Source: Octopus sinensis (taxonomy: Eukaryota). From it: a stretch of DNA of 64,000 nucleotides. The notes under the pieces were generated by a model. That model had not been told where the DNA came from. It made no database searches and saw only the letters and a list, made by a program, of their open reading frames with translations. The position numbers and the translations under genes were made by a program. The stretch spans positions 90,582,001 to 90,646,000 of the forward strand of contig NC_043002.1 of the NCBI RefSeq assembly GCF_006345805.1, given 5' to 3'. Positions 37,746-49,526 of this stretch are shown here, piece by piece (position 1 is the first letter of the stretch; each line of letters starts with the position of its first letter).

Positions 37746-38112
37746 ATGTATGAGTCTTTGACCGGCTTTATTATTCCTTCTTAAATATTTAAAACTGGTC
37801 TTATGATTTCTTTGAAACAGATCATCACATTTACCTGGAATTCTGCTTTGAATGAAATGGAGAGAACTACCAATTTTACTATTTTCTTATGATGATTTGT
37901 CAATATATAACACTTTATAAATCTAAATCTGATTTCTTCAACCTTTATTGCCATTCACGTACTTGACTATAAATCCTCTCACATCTCAACTAACAGTGGA
38001 AAATATTTTTACTTTTGACATTTATTCTCGTTGTTAATAACCTTAATGGCTTAGAGAAATTACAGAGCAGACAGACAGACAGACACACACACAGACAACC
38101 ACACACACACAC

Positions 38113-38143
<31 letters not shown>

Positions 38144-38819
38144 CTTCGTGTGTGGGTGAGACATAAATTACACTGAGATTTCTACAAAAATGGTTTAATG
38201 GACATCGGTCAGTCACACTTTTGCCGTTGAATCATAATGAATATCGCTACGACATGATTCAGTAATGCTCTCAGTTCTCAGCCATTCCTTGACCAAAGAG
38301 AATGGTAATCATTTTAAAGTCGATAACATCGTGTCAGCCTGATGGACTAGACAAAATTTACATATCTAAACCAATACAATGGTGACCATTGTGAATAGAA
38401 GCAGTATTCATTTCTCAGGCTGTACAGTGTTAGAAACATTCACCAAATAAAAGGAAACAGAAAAAATGGCATTTTCAGGAACGGATGCTTACTCTGCTCG
38501 CATTGAAAAGGTAACCCTCACTCTAATCCTATCTCTCCTTATTTAGAATAGCATCTCACAGACCTACACTTAGATGTAACACTCTTTTACCACATTACTT
38601 GACTTTGAAAAGTCTAAATCTTTGTCTTTCTTATAGAATTTACACACCAGTTATAGAGTTGCCTGCTAAAGAGACTTGCCCATATTTTATCTTTTACTGT
38701 TTTTTCTTCTTTATTTAATTTTTGCTTGACTTGATTCGATCCAGATCACACTTCAGTTTTATTGCTGTAATACTTTTTAACTAACATTTAGCTTTCTAAC
38801 TTGGATATTCGATGTTGCT

Positions 38820-39430
38820 CCCACCCACTTCCAACTGTAGTCCCACCCCCATCCAGTTGTAGGCTTAACTATATCCAATTTTAATCCACCTGCATCCAAC
38901 TAGTCCTATCCACATTTAATTGTAGTCCTATCCACATCCAACTGTAGACTCACCCACATCCAACTGTAGTCCCACCAACATCCAGTTGTAGGTATACCTA
39001 TATTCAACTTTAGTTCCACCCACATCCAACTTTAATTCCACCTGCATCCAACTACTCCTATCCACATTTAATTGTAGCCCCACCCACATCCAACTATTGT
39101 TCAACCTACATACAACTATAATATGCATCCCTTACACATCCCATTCACATCCAACAAAAGTCCCTCTCATGTATAACTGTAGACTTACCCACAAAGATCA
39201 GAAGCAGAAACTCACTGCCAAACATAGTCCTATGTACTGCAACTATAGTCACACCTACTGCCATCTGTAGTCCAACCTACAACTAACTATAGTCCAATGC
39301 ACATACAATTGTAGCTCATCCGCATACAGCCATAAACCCACCTACTGCCATGTATAAAACCACCCACTATACCATACTCCTACCCACTAAACTATAATCC
39401 TGGTCATTAAGTTATAGCTCCACCCACATA
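38820..39430. repeat. Degenerate ~20-bp minisatellite 'cacatccaactgtagtcc'
   Basis: Recurrent unit by direct reading. Confidence 0.8.
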
Positions 39431-39774
39431 ATCACACCTACATATAATCTAACTTACACAGCATATAACTATTGTTTTATCAATTTCATTTAATGGTTAA
39501 TCGTATTCTGTGTTTATTTCAGCTTTGCATACATCTTCATTATAACTGTCAAGCTACTGTAACCCCACTTTAGTTTCACTCTAAAGTTACTTCAATCATG
39601 TCTAAATTTAAACAGTTTTATCCAACCAGTCTTTTTGTTACTTTAGTCAGACATACCTAACTTTAGTCAGTTTCATATCAATTTAATCATGCTTCAGTTT
39701 TATCCTACTTGTAACTTTCATTTCTCATTAATTTCACAATTTTCTTAAACATAGGTGTAGGTGTGGCTCTGTGT

Positions 39775-40161
39775 GGAGGCGCAATGGCCCAGTGGTTAGG
39801 GCAGCGGACTCACGGTCGTAGGATCGCGGTTTCGATTCCCAGACCGGGCGTTGTGAGTGTTTATTGAGCGAAAACACCTAAAGCTCCACGAGGCTCCGGC
39901 AGGGATGGTGGTGATCCCTGCTGTACTCTTTCACCACAACTTTCTCTCACTCTTACTTCCTGTTTCTGTTGTACCTGTATTTCAAAGGGCCGGCCTTGTC
40001 ACTCTCTGTGTCACGCTGAATATCCCCGAGAACTACGTTAAGGGTACACGTGTCTGTGGAGTGCTCAGCCACTTACACGTTAATTTCACGAGCAGGCTGT
40101 TCCGTTGATTCGGATCAACCGGAACCCTCGTCGTCGTAACCGGCAGAGTGCTTCCTCCTCC
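39775..40161 (+). mobile_element. SINE family C (tail type 1), young, nested in the head of a SINE A
   Basis: 17-bp TSD 'taggtgtggctctgtgt' at 39758-39774 and 40162-40178; SINE A continues to ~40565. Confidence 0.93.
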
Positions 40162-40693
40162 TAGGTGTGGCTCTGTGTTAAGAAACTTGCTTCCCAACCA
40201 CATAGTTTTTGGTTCAGTCCCACTGCATGGCACTTTGGGCAAGAATCTTCTACCATAACCTTGGGCCAGCCAAAGCCTTGTGAGTGGATCTGGTAGACAG
40301 AAACTGAAAGAAGCCTGTCATGTGTGTGTGTATGTGTGTGTGTGTGTGTATGTGTGTGTGTGTCTATGTTTGTCCCACACCACTTGACAACCGGTGTTAG
40401 TTTGTTTGTGTCCCTATAACATAGCATTTCAGAGACCGATAGAATAAATACTAGGCTTAAAAAAGTAAAAATCCTAGGATCTATTTGTTTGACTAAAAAC
40501 CCTTCAAGGTGGTGCTCCAGCATGGCCACTGTCAAAAATAAGTGAAGCAAGTAAAAATTAAAAGATATCATTTTAGTTTCACTCATGTGATATTTCCATC
40601 TCACTCATATTCTGCTCGAGTGTCACTCACCGTCTGTATAGTTTCAGTCTCGATATAAAATGCTAAACATCCTACCTAATACATTTCTAATGT

Positions 40694-41036
40694 AGTTCTA
40701 TATTTAAGAGATGAGGAATTATGTACATTATTTATATTATTTACATTCGACGGATATTTGTCCTCATCTGGTTTGTTGTTAACACAACGTTTCGGCTGAT
40801 ATACCCTCCAGCCTTCTTCAGGTGTCTTGGGGAAATTTCGAACCTGGGTTCTCATTCCTAAGGTATTCTTCGATGTCATTATTATTATTATTATTATTAT
40901 TATAATTATTGTTCAGGTCACTGCTTGGAATCGAACTCAGAATCTTAGGGTTAGTAGTCTGTGCTCTTAACCACTATGCTATATGCCCGTGGGCCACTAC
41001 GCCATATGCCGTTGAATGTAAATAATGTAAATAATG
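40694..41036 (-). mobile_element. Penelope-derived terminal-repeat element (tRNA-like head, (AAT)n, hammerhead) with short inverted end
   Basis: Same sequence as 4590-4844; 14-bp TSD 'tacatttctaatgt' at 40680-40693 and 41037-41050. Confidence 0.85.
40781..40826 (-). ncRNA. Minimal type I hammerhead ribozyme (predicted)
   Basis: Sense: gacac-CUGAAGA-a-ggcug(gaggguauau)cagcc-GAAA-C-G-U-U-guguu. Stem I gacac/guguu, 5-bp stem II, palindromic ACGU helix III; predicted cut after GUU (40786/40785). Confidence 0.75.
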
Positions 41037-41814
41037 TACATTTCTAATGTGTTTTTGCAAACTATGTAAAATAATTTTTGTTTTGTCATTATAATCCAGG
41101 AAATTGGATATTGCCCATATCTTGGAGAAGACTGACTCAAATGTATGAATCATCACCTAGTCATCATCATCATCACCATCATCATTGTCGTCATTGCTGT
41201 TGTCATCATTATCATCATTATCATCATCATTATCATCAACATCATCATCATCACCAACATCACCACCATCATCATGCACAGCTAAGTTAATGGTACCCCT
41301 TTGTTACATATATACACTAAGGTATGTTTAAATGGTATACATATAGTAAACATACAAACATGCGTTCATTTCAGCTTGCACATTGCATTTCATTGTATAT
41401 GTAATAAATTATGAGTGTTGTTGATTTATGAAATCATAAAATGCTTTAATCTGTATGAATCAGTATATGCATGTGTGTGTGTGAGTGTGTGTGTGTGTGG
41501 TGTGTGTGTGTGTGTGTGTGTGTTGTTTCTGTATTTGGTTTGCAAGGTTCTTGATGTGAACTTGTGTATTGAAACATATTTGTTGTATCTCAGGAGATTC
41601 AGTATGCCAATAACAAACACATGCACACTTGTTCTATTTCATTTTTGTTTTATTATTCGTCAATGGATCAAACAATCAATTAGTTAATTCATTAAATAGT
41701 TAATTGATTGATGAATAATAAAGAAGTGAAATAGAGCTGGTGCGTGGGTATTACCGACACAATACAATATCCAATATAGATATTGTATATATATATATAT
41801 AATATATATATATA

Positions 41815-41953
41815 TATATCATCATCATCATCATCATCGTTTAGCATCCGCTTTCCATGCTGGCATGGGTTGGACGGTGCAACTGGGGTCTGGGAAGCCA
41901 GAAGGCTGCACCAGGCCCAGTCTGATCTGGCAATGTTTCTACGGCTGGATGCC

Positions 41954-41955
<2 letters not shown>
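41815..41955 (-). mobile_element. RTE 3' tail (family F) fragment
   Basis: Reverse complement of 'gcatccagccgtagaaac...acccatgccagcatggaaagcggatgctaaacgatgatgat'. Confidence 0.75.
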
Positions 41956-41988
<33 letters not shown>

Positions 41989-42202
41989 ATATATAATATA
42001 TATATATAAACTGAACCACAAAAGAAGCATTGCACACATACTGAATAGAAACCAGTTTATTAACAGATTGCTATAGCATTGATTGAAGAGTGCTAATTAA
42101 GAAACCGTTCTTTCCTAATGATAAAATGTCATTTCCTGAAACATGTTTCATGTCACATGGTGTCACGTGATGAAAGAGTGACCTGGATCCAAAGAGATGA
42201 AC

Positions 42203-42800
42203 TCAATATCTTGTGTGACCACTGTTAGCATTGATTATCAACAGGCATCTTCTGTACACTGAATGCACCAAACAACTAATGAAGGCCATGGGGATATCAG
42301 CCCACACTCTGTTAAAACTTGCAGTGAGTTGTGCCTCAGTTGTCGGCCTTGGATGGATGTCATTTATCCTTCTTTTGATTTCGCCCCACAGGTGCTCTAT
42401 GGGTTTCAAGTCCGAACTTAGGGCAGGCCATGGCAGTGTCTGGATATTGTGCTGTTGGAGGAAGTCTGTTGTCAATCTGGCAGTATGGGCATGGGTGTTG
42501 TCATGTTGGAACACATGATTCTGATGACGGGCAAATTATGACACAATGTGAGGCCTCAACACTTGGTTGATGTAGCTAGCAGCGGTTATTCCATTGCCCC
42601 AGCCTTGGGCGATATTTTGGAAGACCACCCCCACTCCATACCATGTTGCTCTATCCCCCCTATGAGTCTCTCTCCACCATACAACCATTGGCATGACATT
42701 CACCCCTTCTTCTCCAAACCGTAGCCCTGCCATCTGCCACAAAAATGCAGTATCGACTTTCACCAGAGAAGACTACAGTCCTCCATACACACACACAATT
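42203..42800 (-). pseudogene. Tc1-like DDE transposase C-terminal remnant
   Basis: VVFSGESRYCIF..DGR..VWRRRGE; FQHDNTHAHTA...LPWPALSSDLKPIEHLW (Tc1 QDND and SPDLNPIE motifs). Confidence 0.85.
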
Positions 42801-42801
42801 A

Positions 42802-43633
42802 TATGAGGACTGATCAATAAGTATCCGGACTGTTCCCATAATAACGAAGCTACAGCACACAAAGTGAAGCCACTCGGTACAGATTGATCTTAAACTCTGC
42901 TGTGCATGCACACTAAGTTTTAACATTCTAGCTCACTTCCACTGTTTACAGCAGTGCTTGGAAGGAAGGTGTGTAGTGTGTGATTGTCACATTGAGCATC
43001 ACAGAGAAAGTTGCTTCTGGCGATACCTGCTCAGAGGTCTACGCAAAGTTGCAGAAAGTGTATGAGCCACACACAAGTGTATGAGTGGTTCAGATGCTTC
43101 CAAGATGGCTGAAATATATCGATACTGATGAACATTCTGGGAGACTCACAACCAGCAGAACTGAGAAAGACATCACAGATGTGCGTGCAGCTGTGAGGGG
43201 CAATTGTTAAATCATCATCTGTAAGTTATCAGAGGATGTGCAGATTAGTTACAGTTCAGTCCATTCCATTATCATTGAAAATTTGGGTAGGAGACACATG
43301 TCTGCCAAGTTTGTGTCAAAACTGGTTCCTTCCCAAGATCTCCTTGATTGTATCGAGAATGATGCAAACTTTTTGAAAACTTTGCATAGGCCTCTGAGCA
43401 GGTATCACCAAGCTTTTGGCAAAATTTGATGCAGATTCTCTGTTCAACTTTCTGTCATGGTCAATGCAATGATCACATGTTTCACAACTTCCTTCCAAGC
43501 ACTGCTGTAAACAGCAGAAGTGAGCTAGAATGTTAAAACTTAGTGAATATGCACAGCAGAGTTAAAGTTCAATCTGTGCCAAGCAGCATCATTCTTCATG
43601 TTTTAACTTCATTACTATAGCAATAGTCCGGAT
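42802..43633 (+). mobile_element. Internally deleted mariner element with long (~150+ bp) inverted repeats
   Basis: TIR-like 'tgaggactgatcaataagtatccggac'; arms 42825-42970 and 43488-43632 are reverse complements; internal peptide EWFRCFQDG..HSGR.T..ISYSSVHSIIIENLGRRHMSAKFV is a mariner HTH. Confidence 0.8.
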
Positions 43634-43715
43634 ATATATATATATAGGGAGAGTTTACGAAAAAAAACAACAAAAGATGATGACAGGTGGTGTACAAAAC
43701 AAACAGATATATTAG

Positions 43716-43737
<22 letters not shown>

Positions 43738-43747
<10 letters not shown>

Positions 43748-43903
43748 TATTAGAGACAAAACCACTATTTTGCAAAACAAACAAGGAAAGACTTAATCAA
43801 TACATAAAATTTTAATAAATATTTATTAAAATTTTATGTATTGATTAAGTCTTTCCTTGTTTGTTTTGCAAAATAGTGGTTTTGTCTCTAATAATATTTT
43901 ATA
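43738..43903. repeat. Perfect 166-bp palindrome (83-bp arms, no spacer)
   Basis: Checked in 10-bp blocks outward from the centre 43820/43821; all complementary. Confidence 0.95.
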
Positions 43904-43979
43904 ATATTTTACTATAAAATCGATTTAATCCTAAATCTGATTTTTTCCTGTAAATTTGGATTTATTCCCTAATATTTAT

Positions 43980-44010
<31 letters not shown>

Positions 44011-44374
44011 AGCATCATCATCCTCATCATCATTGAACGTCTGTTTTCCATGCTGCATGAGTTGGACTGTTTGACTGGAGACTGACAAGCCAGGAGGCTT
44101 CACCAGGCTCCAGTCTGATCTGGCAATGTTTCTACAGTTCAATGCCCTTCTTAACGCCAACCACTCCAAGAGTGTAGTGGGTGCTTTTACATTTCATTGT
44201 CATGGGAGCCAGTCAGGCAGCACTGGCATTGGCCATATATATACACACACATTATATATACATACATATATATACAATATATATACATGTATATATAAAT
44301 GATATCTATCCTGGATCACAGTGCGGATTTTGCTCTGGTCATTGCACTATTGACATGATCTCTTGCTTTTGACA

Positions 44375-45505
44375 GGTCATGGAGAAGGTACATGAGAAAA
44401 ATCAAAGAAAAAAAAATCAAGAGTTGTTGATGGTATCTATTGATCTTACTAAGGCTTTCCACACTTAACTAGCAAGCACTATGGAAAGTTCTGTTAAAGC
44501 TTGGGATACCTGACAAAATGTTGAATGTTATCATCTCATTTTATGTGGGAATGAAGGCCGCTGTCACATCTGGTGGGGAATGTTTGGCTTCCTTTGACAC
44601 TACAAACAGCACAAAGCAAGGTTGTGTTATGGCCCCTGTTTTGTTTGCACTCTTCTTTTCAGTGATGCAGAGGTATGCTTTTGGCGACATACAAAGTGGT
44701 GTCAAATTCCAGGTTTGAACAAGTGGTGGACTATTCAATCATCAGCATTTCAAATCCAGAACACTGCTGTGCACCAGTATCATTTTTGATCTATTATTTG
44801 CAGATGCTGCTACACTAGTAGTGACTGCCTTAGAGGAAGCTCAGGAACTTCGAGACCAGTTTTCTGCTGCATGTAAAGCCTTTGGTTTGACCATCAGCAT
44901 AAAGAAGACAGAAGTTATCCATCAACCTTGCCCTAAACCTAAACAAATTTGAGGTGTCAAGCAGAGGCCACCAGTTCACAATTTTCTTGACACTCCTATG
45001 CAGGTTGATGGGAAAAGCCTAAATTATGTGAAGTCATTTACATATCTTGGTACTAAAGTGAATTCAAGCATTTTCCTTGATGATGAAATCGTCAATCATC
45101 TTGCAAAGGCAAACTCCATCATCACCTATGGAATCAAAGGGGCATCAACCTTGACCCCAAAGTACAGGTCTATAAAGCTGCCATTCTTACTACTCTCTAG
45201 TATGGCCTAGAATCATAGATACCCTATAGACGACACATTAACCAACTAGACATCTTCCACAAAGGCTGTCTGGGGACAATATGTGATTATTCACTAAAAG
45301 ACAGAGTTTCTAATGCCAACCTGTTTAGCAAATGTAAGATTGGTGGAATTGAGAGTTTCCTTGTGCAATTACAATTGTGCTGAGCTGGCTATGTCATCAG
45401 AATGAGTGATGGAAGAATACCTAAAGTCCTCGGGTACAACCAGCTTGATAGTGGGTACAGGAATGTTGGTCGACCATGGCTCAGATATAAGGACAAGCTG
45501 AAGAG

Positions 45506-45510
<5 letters not shown>
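44375..45510 (+). pseudogene. RTE/BovB-like LINE ORF2 (RT domain to C-terminus), decayed
   Basis: IDLTKAF; TKQGCVMAPVLFALFF; LLFADA; FGLTISIKKTEV; FTYLG; RMSDGRIPK; RNVGRPWLRYKDKLK, with stops and frameshifts. Confidence 0.9.
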
Positions 45511-45581
<71 letters not shown>

Positions 45582-45631
45582 AACCTTTACATATATAAAT
45601 AACTTGAAATACACTATAGATAGATAGATAA

Positions 45632-45672
<41 letters not shown>

Positions 45673-46465
45673 CAGACTGACAGACAGACAGACAGACAGA
45701 CATATAAGATTCAGATATATATTTGCATGCAGATATCTGAAACCCATGAATGCATATTTCACAGTTTTTTTGTTGTTTACTGGGTCATTTGTTGATTAAT
45801 AATTAAATTTGTATACTGCTTACCTTTCTATTTTCTTTTTAATTGAATCACCACTTATTTGTCTGTCTGTTAGCCAGATGGTGATGAGTTTAACATATGT
45901 GAGACGTGACAGTGCTCAATACTGGGTTGGTAGAGTTTCATGCAAGGCATCCCGTAGTTGAGACACCATCTGACAATAGTCTGTTTCATGAACTCTTAGT
46001 TGCCTTAGACACTCGTTTCAGGCTACATGCATTTATGCACCATATTTTTCTGATGCAGTGTAAACTAATGTGTAAGTTCTGAAACAGATTGCAGTTAAAT
46101 GAGATCTTAATTACTGAAATTGTTCTGTAGAAATTATAATCAGCACTGATTTTTGTTACAATGTTTCATATACAAGACGCCTGATGTAAACAACGACCAT
46201 GAGACTGAAGATGAAAAATATGTAATGGGCGTATATAATATTTCAGGAGTTTTGCTCCTTCATCAGCACCCACCTAACCCATTAATCATCCATGAACTCT
46301 GTGCTTTAATAGCCACTAAACACAGCAGTATAATGTTATTGGATATACCAATTTTACATATTAAACATGTTCCTGAAAGCTGGTACATAAATATTAATGA
46401 CTTGTAAGGACATGGTGTTTCACTATGCAACCATAATATATACTATAAAGTATATTACCATATAT

Positions 46466-46774
46466 CATGTGATCATGTGACCGACAAGGCTATCAGATGT
46501 TGCTACACATCGCTGGTCACAATGCACTTTGCATTGTTTTAGTGATCAAGTGACGCCACCCTGCTGGCTAAACAAGCAGGCCAACAGAAGAAAGAGTGAG
46601 AGAAAGTTGTGGCGAAAGAGTACAGCAGGGATCACCACCATCCCCTGCCCGAGCCTTGTGGAACTTTAGGTGATTTCGCTCAATAAACACTCACAACACC
46701 CGGTCTGGGAATCGAAACCGCGACCCTATGACCACGAGTCTGCTGCCCTAACCACTGGGCCATTGCGCTTCCAC
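46466..46774 (-). mobile_element. SINE with family C head/body and a different 3' tail (type 2)
   Basis: 13-bp TSD 'tattaccatatat' at 46453-46465 and 46775-46787. Confidence 0.88.
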
Positions 46775-46779
46775 TATTA

Positions 46780-47210
46780 CCATATATACTCGGCTATATA
46801 TACTCAGCTATAGTTCCCTGAAATTTTTCACCTAAAGTTGAGGGATGCGACTTATAAGCACATCCTATAAAAATGCCTTCAGATATTTCCTAGGTACAAG
46901 CTACATCTGAAGTTCCGACACTTGGAATAACTGAAATGGATAAAATTTTACATTATAAACAACGGTTTCTAAAAATGCATGGACTTAATGAGAATAACAG
47001 TTGTTGTAAGTCATCTTCAGCTCACTGAAAGCTCGGTTACTGAACAACAACTATGTTGGGGCAATTCCTAATCAAACTTTACTCGCCAACATCAAAAAAG
47101 TCAGTGTGACTTATAGCCAGGTCAATGATAAAATTTCCGATTTGAACCTTGTAAGTTGGGTGGGTGGGGTGTCTTATAGGCGAGGGCGTTTTGTACTCGA
47201 GTATATATGG
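46780..47210. mobile_element. pogo/Tigger-like MITE
   Basis: ta-ccatatatactcg ... cgagtatatatgg-ta terminal inverted repeats with TA flanks. Confidence 0.7.
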
Positions 47211-47307
47211 TAAATGTTTTTAGAAGTCAATACTGTGTTGTAAAGCACACTGCTAACAAAGTAGAATGCAGTATTAACTTATAAGAAATGTTTAATATAC
47301 TTCATAG

Positions 47308-47991
47308 CAGTGCTACTCAAAGTGGTGGTCTGCAGACTGGTGCCAGTCCCTGAGCCATCAACTGCTGGTGCATGATGAGTTTCCAGAAAAGAAAGAGATA
47401 TTATAAAATGCTTATAAAATATTGTATTATTTGTTTATAAAATAAATGTACGATAAAAAAAATTGTCAACTTTTATTATATTCTTTATATATAGGTGCAG
47501 AAGTGGCTGTGTGGTAAGAAGCTTGCTTACTAACCACATGGTTCTGGGTTCAGTCCCACTGTGTGGCACCTTGGGCACCTTGTGTCTTCCACAATAGCTT
47601 CGGGTCGACCAATGCCTTGTGAGTGGATTTGGTAGATGGAAACAGAAAGAAGCCCGTTGTATATATATGTATATATATATATATATGTATGTGTGTGTAT
47701 ATGTTTGTGTGTCTGTGTTTGTCCCCACAACATCGCTCGACAACCGATGCAAAAGAGACCGATAGGATAAGTACTACGCTTAGAAAGAATAAGTCCTGGG
47801 CTTCATTTGCTTGACTAAAGGCGGTGCTCCAGCATGGCCACAGTCAAATGACTGAAACAAGTAAAAGAGTAAAGATTAAAGAGTATATATTGTTTCTGGT
47901 ATAAATTAATATTACTAAGAAATATTACTGGTCCCTGGTACAATAGAAAAAAACTGCTGGTATGTCACATCAGATCGTTTGAGAAGCATTG
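47308..47991. mobile_element. hAT-like MITE containing a SINE A (47495-47885)
   Basis: TIR cagtgctactcaaa / tttgagaagcattg; similar 8-bp flanks cttcatag / ccttatag. Confidence 0.6.
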
Positions 47992-48340
47992 CCTTATAGT
48001 ATATTATGGTTGCATAACAAAATATTGTGTCCCTACAGGTCATTAATTGCTGCATCTATCTGCATACATACACAGGCATACTGATAAATACATTTGTTGA
48101 TGGTATAAGAATTTATAATCTTTTGAAGGCAAAATATTTCTCTTTTTTTTTTTTTTTAAAGAAAAATGGTTCTTGAAGCTTATAAATGCAATAAATACAA
48201 GCATGTAAATATTGGGTTGATAATACTTTTTGGATAGAATAATTTGAAGGCAGCCTGGGGGACATTCTTCAACATTTTTGACCCAATATCTACATGCTGT
48301 TATTTATAACATACGTTCCAAGAACCAATTCCCCAAACAA

Positions 48341-48343
48341 ATA

Positions 48344-48382
<39 letters not shown>

Positions 48383-48551
48383 ATGTGTGTCTGTGTACAT
48401 ATACATACACACGCACGTTATATAAATTTATATGTATATATGTGTATGTGTGTGTGTGTGTGTATATACTTTATTTGTGGGTTAGCAAGGCAACCAGTAG
48501 TTTCATGTGATGCAATCTTCACAATTGTTCAAGTGTGCCATGTGTGTGTGA

Positions 48552-48585
<34 letters not shown>

Positions 48586-48963
48586 ATGTGTGTCTGTGTA
48601 CATATACATACACACGCACGTTATATAAATTTATATGTATATATGTGTATGTGTGTGTGTGTGTGTGTGTGTATATACTTTATTTGTGGGTTAGCAAGGC
48701 AACCAGTAGTTTCATGTGATGCAATCTTCACAATTGTTCAAGTGTGCCATGTGTGTGTGAATGTGTGTGTGTGTGTGTGTGTGTGTGCATGTGTGTCTGT
48801 GTACATATACATACACACACACGTTATATAAATTTATATGTATATATGTGTATGTGTGTGTGTGTGTGTGTGTGTATATACTTTATTTGTGGGTTAGCAA
48901 GGCAACCAGTAGTTTCATGTGATGCAATCTTCACAATTGTTCAAGTGTGCCATGTGTGTGTGA

Positions 48964-48999
<36 letters not shown>

Positions 49000-49190
49000 A
49001 TGTGTGTCTGTGTACATATACATACACACGCACGTTATATAAATTTATATGTATATATGTGTATGTGTGTGTGTGTGTGTGTGTGTATATACTTTATTTG
49101 TGGGTTAGCAAGGCAACCAGTAGTTTCATGTGATGCAATCTTCACAATTGTTCAAGTGTGCCATGTGTGTGTGAATGTGTGTGTGTGTGT
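48341..49190. repeat. Four near-identical ~205-210-bp tandem units
   Basis: 'ttagcaaggcaaccagtag' starts at 48482, 48691, 48894 and 49105; units differ mainly in (TG)n length. Confidence 0.92.
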
Positions 49191-49323
49191 GTGTGTGTCT
49201 GTGTGTGTATGCATACATGTGTGTGTGTCTGTGTGTGTATGCATACATGTGTGTGTGTCTGTGTGTGTTGGGTGGGTGGGTGGGTTCTCAGTTGGCTTCA
49301 AATATGAGTTTTTTGTTGTTTAA

Positions 49324-49526
49324 TCCTTTTGATACTCTGGCTCTGTAGTACAAATGTCTTGTTTTCAGGAGTTCTGAATTAAAGTTTTCCATCAAACTTT
49401 AGTCGTAATTAATGTTCCTTACACAAGCTTAATGATAACTAAGTTATTTCACTAAATTCTTTGTTATATTTAAAATCAATTGCAAGAAACACAGAGCATC
49501 TCAAAAGAAACACAGTAACGATAGGG
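49324..49526. mobile_element. Degenerate TTAA-type MITE
   Basis: ttaa-tccttttgatac ... gtaacgataggg-taaa. Confidence 0.5.

Noticed and set aside
38419-38510. Apparent first coding exon MAFSGTDAYSARIEK with a good donor
   Set aside because: The ATG looks like CpG decay of 'acggcgtttt' in an interspersed repeat I recall from octopus DNA (from memory, unverified), it is followed by a degenerate (CCCTAA)-like tract, and no compatible downstream exon was found.
48341-49190. CRISPR-like array
   Set aside because: Eukaryotic context, and the whole unit repeats with no unique spacers.
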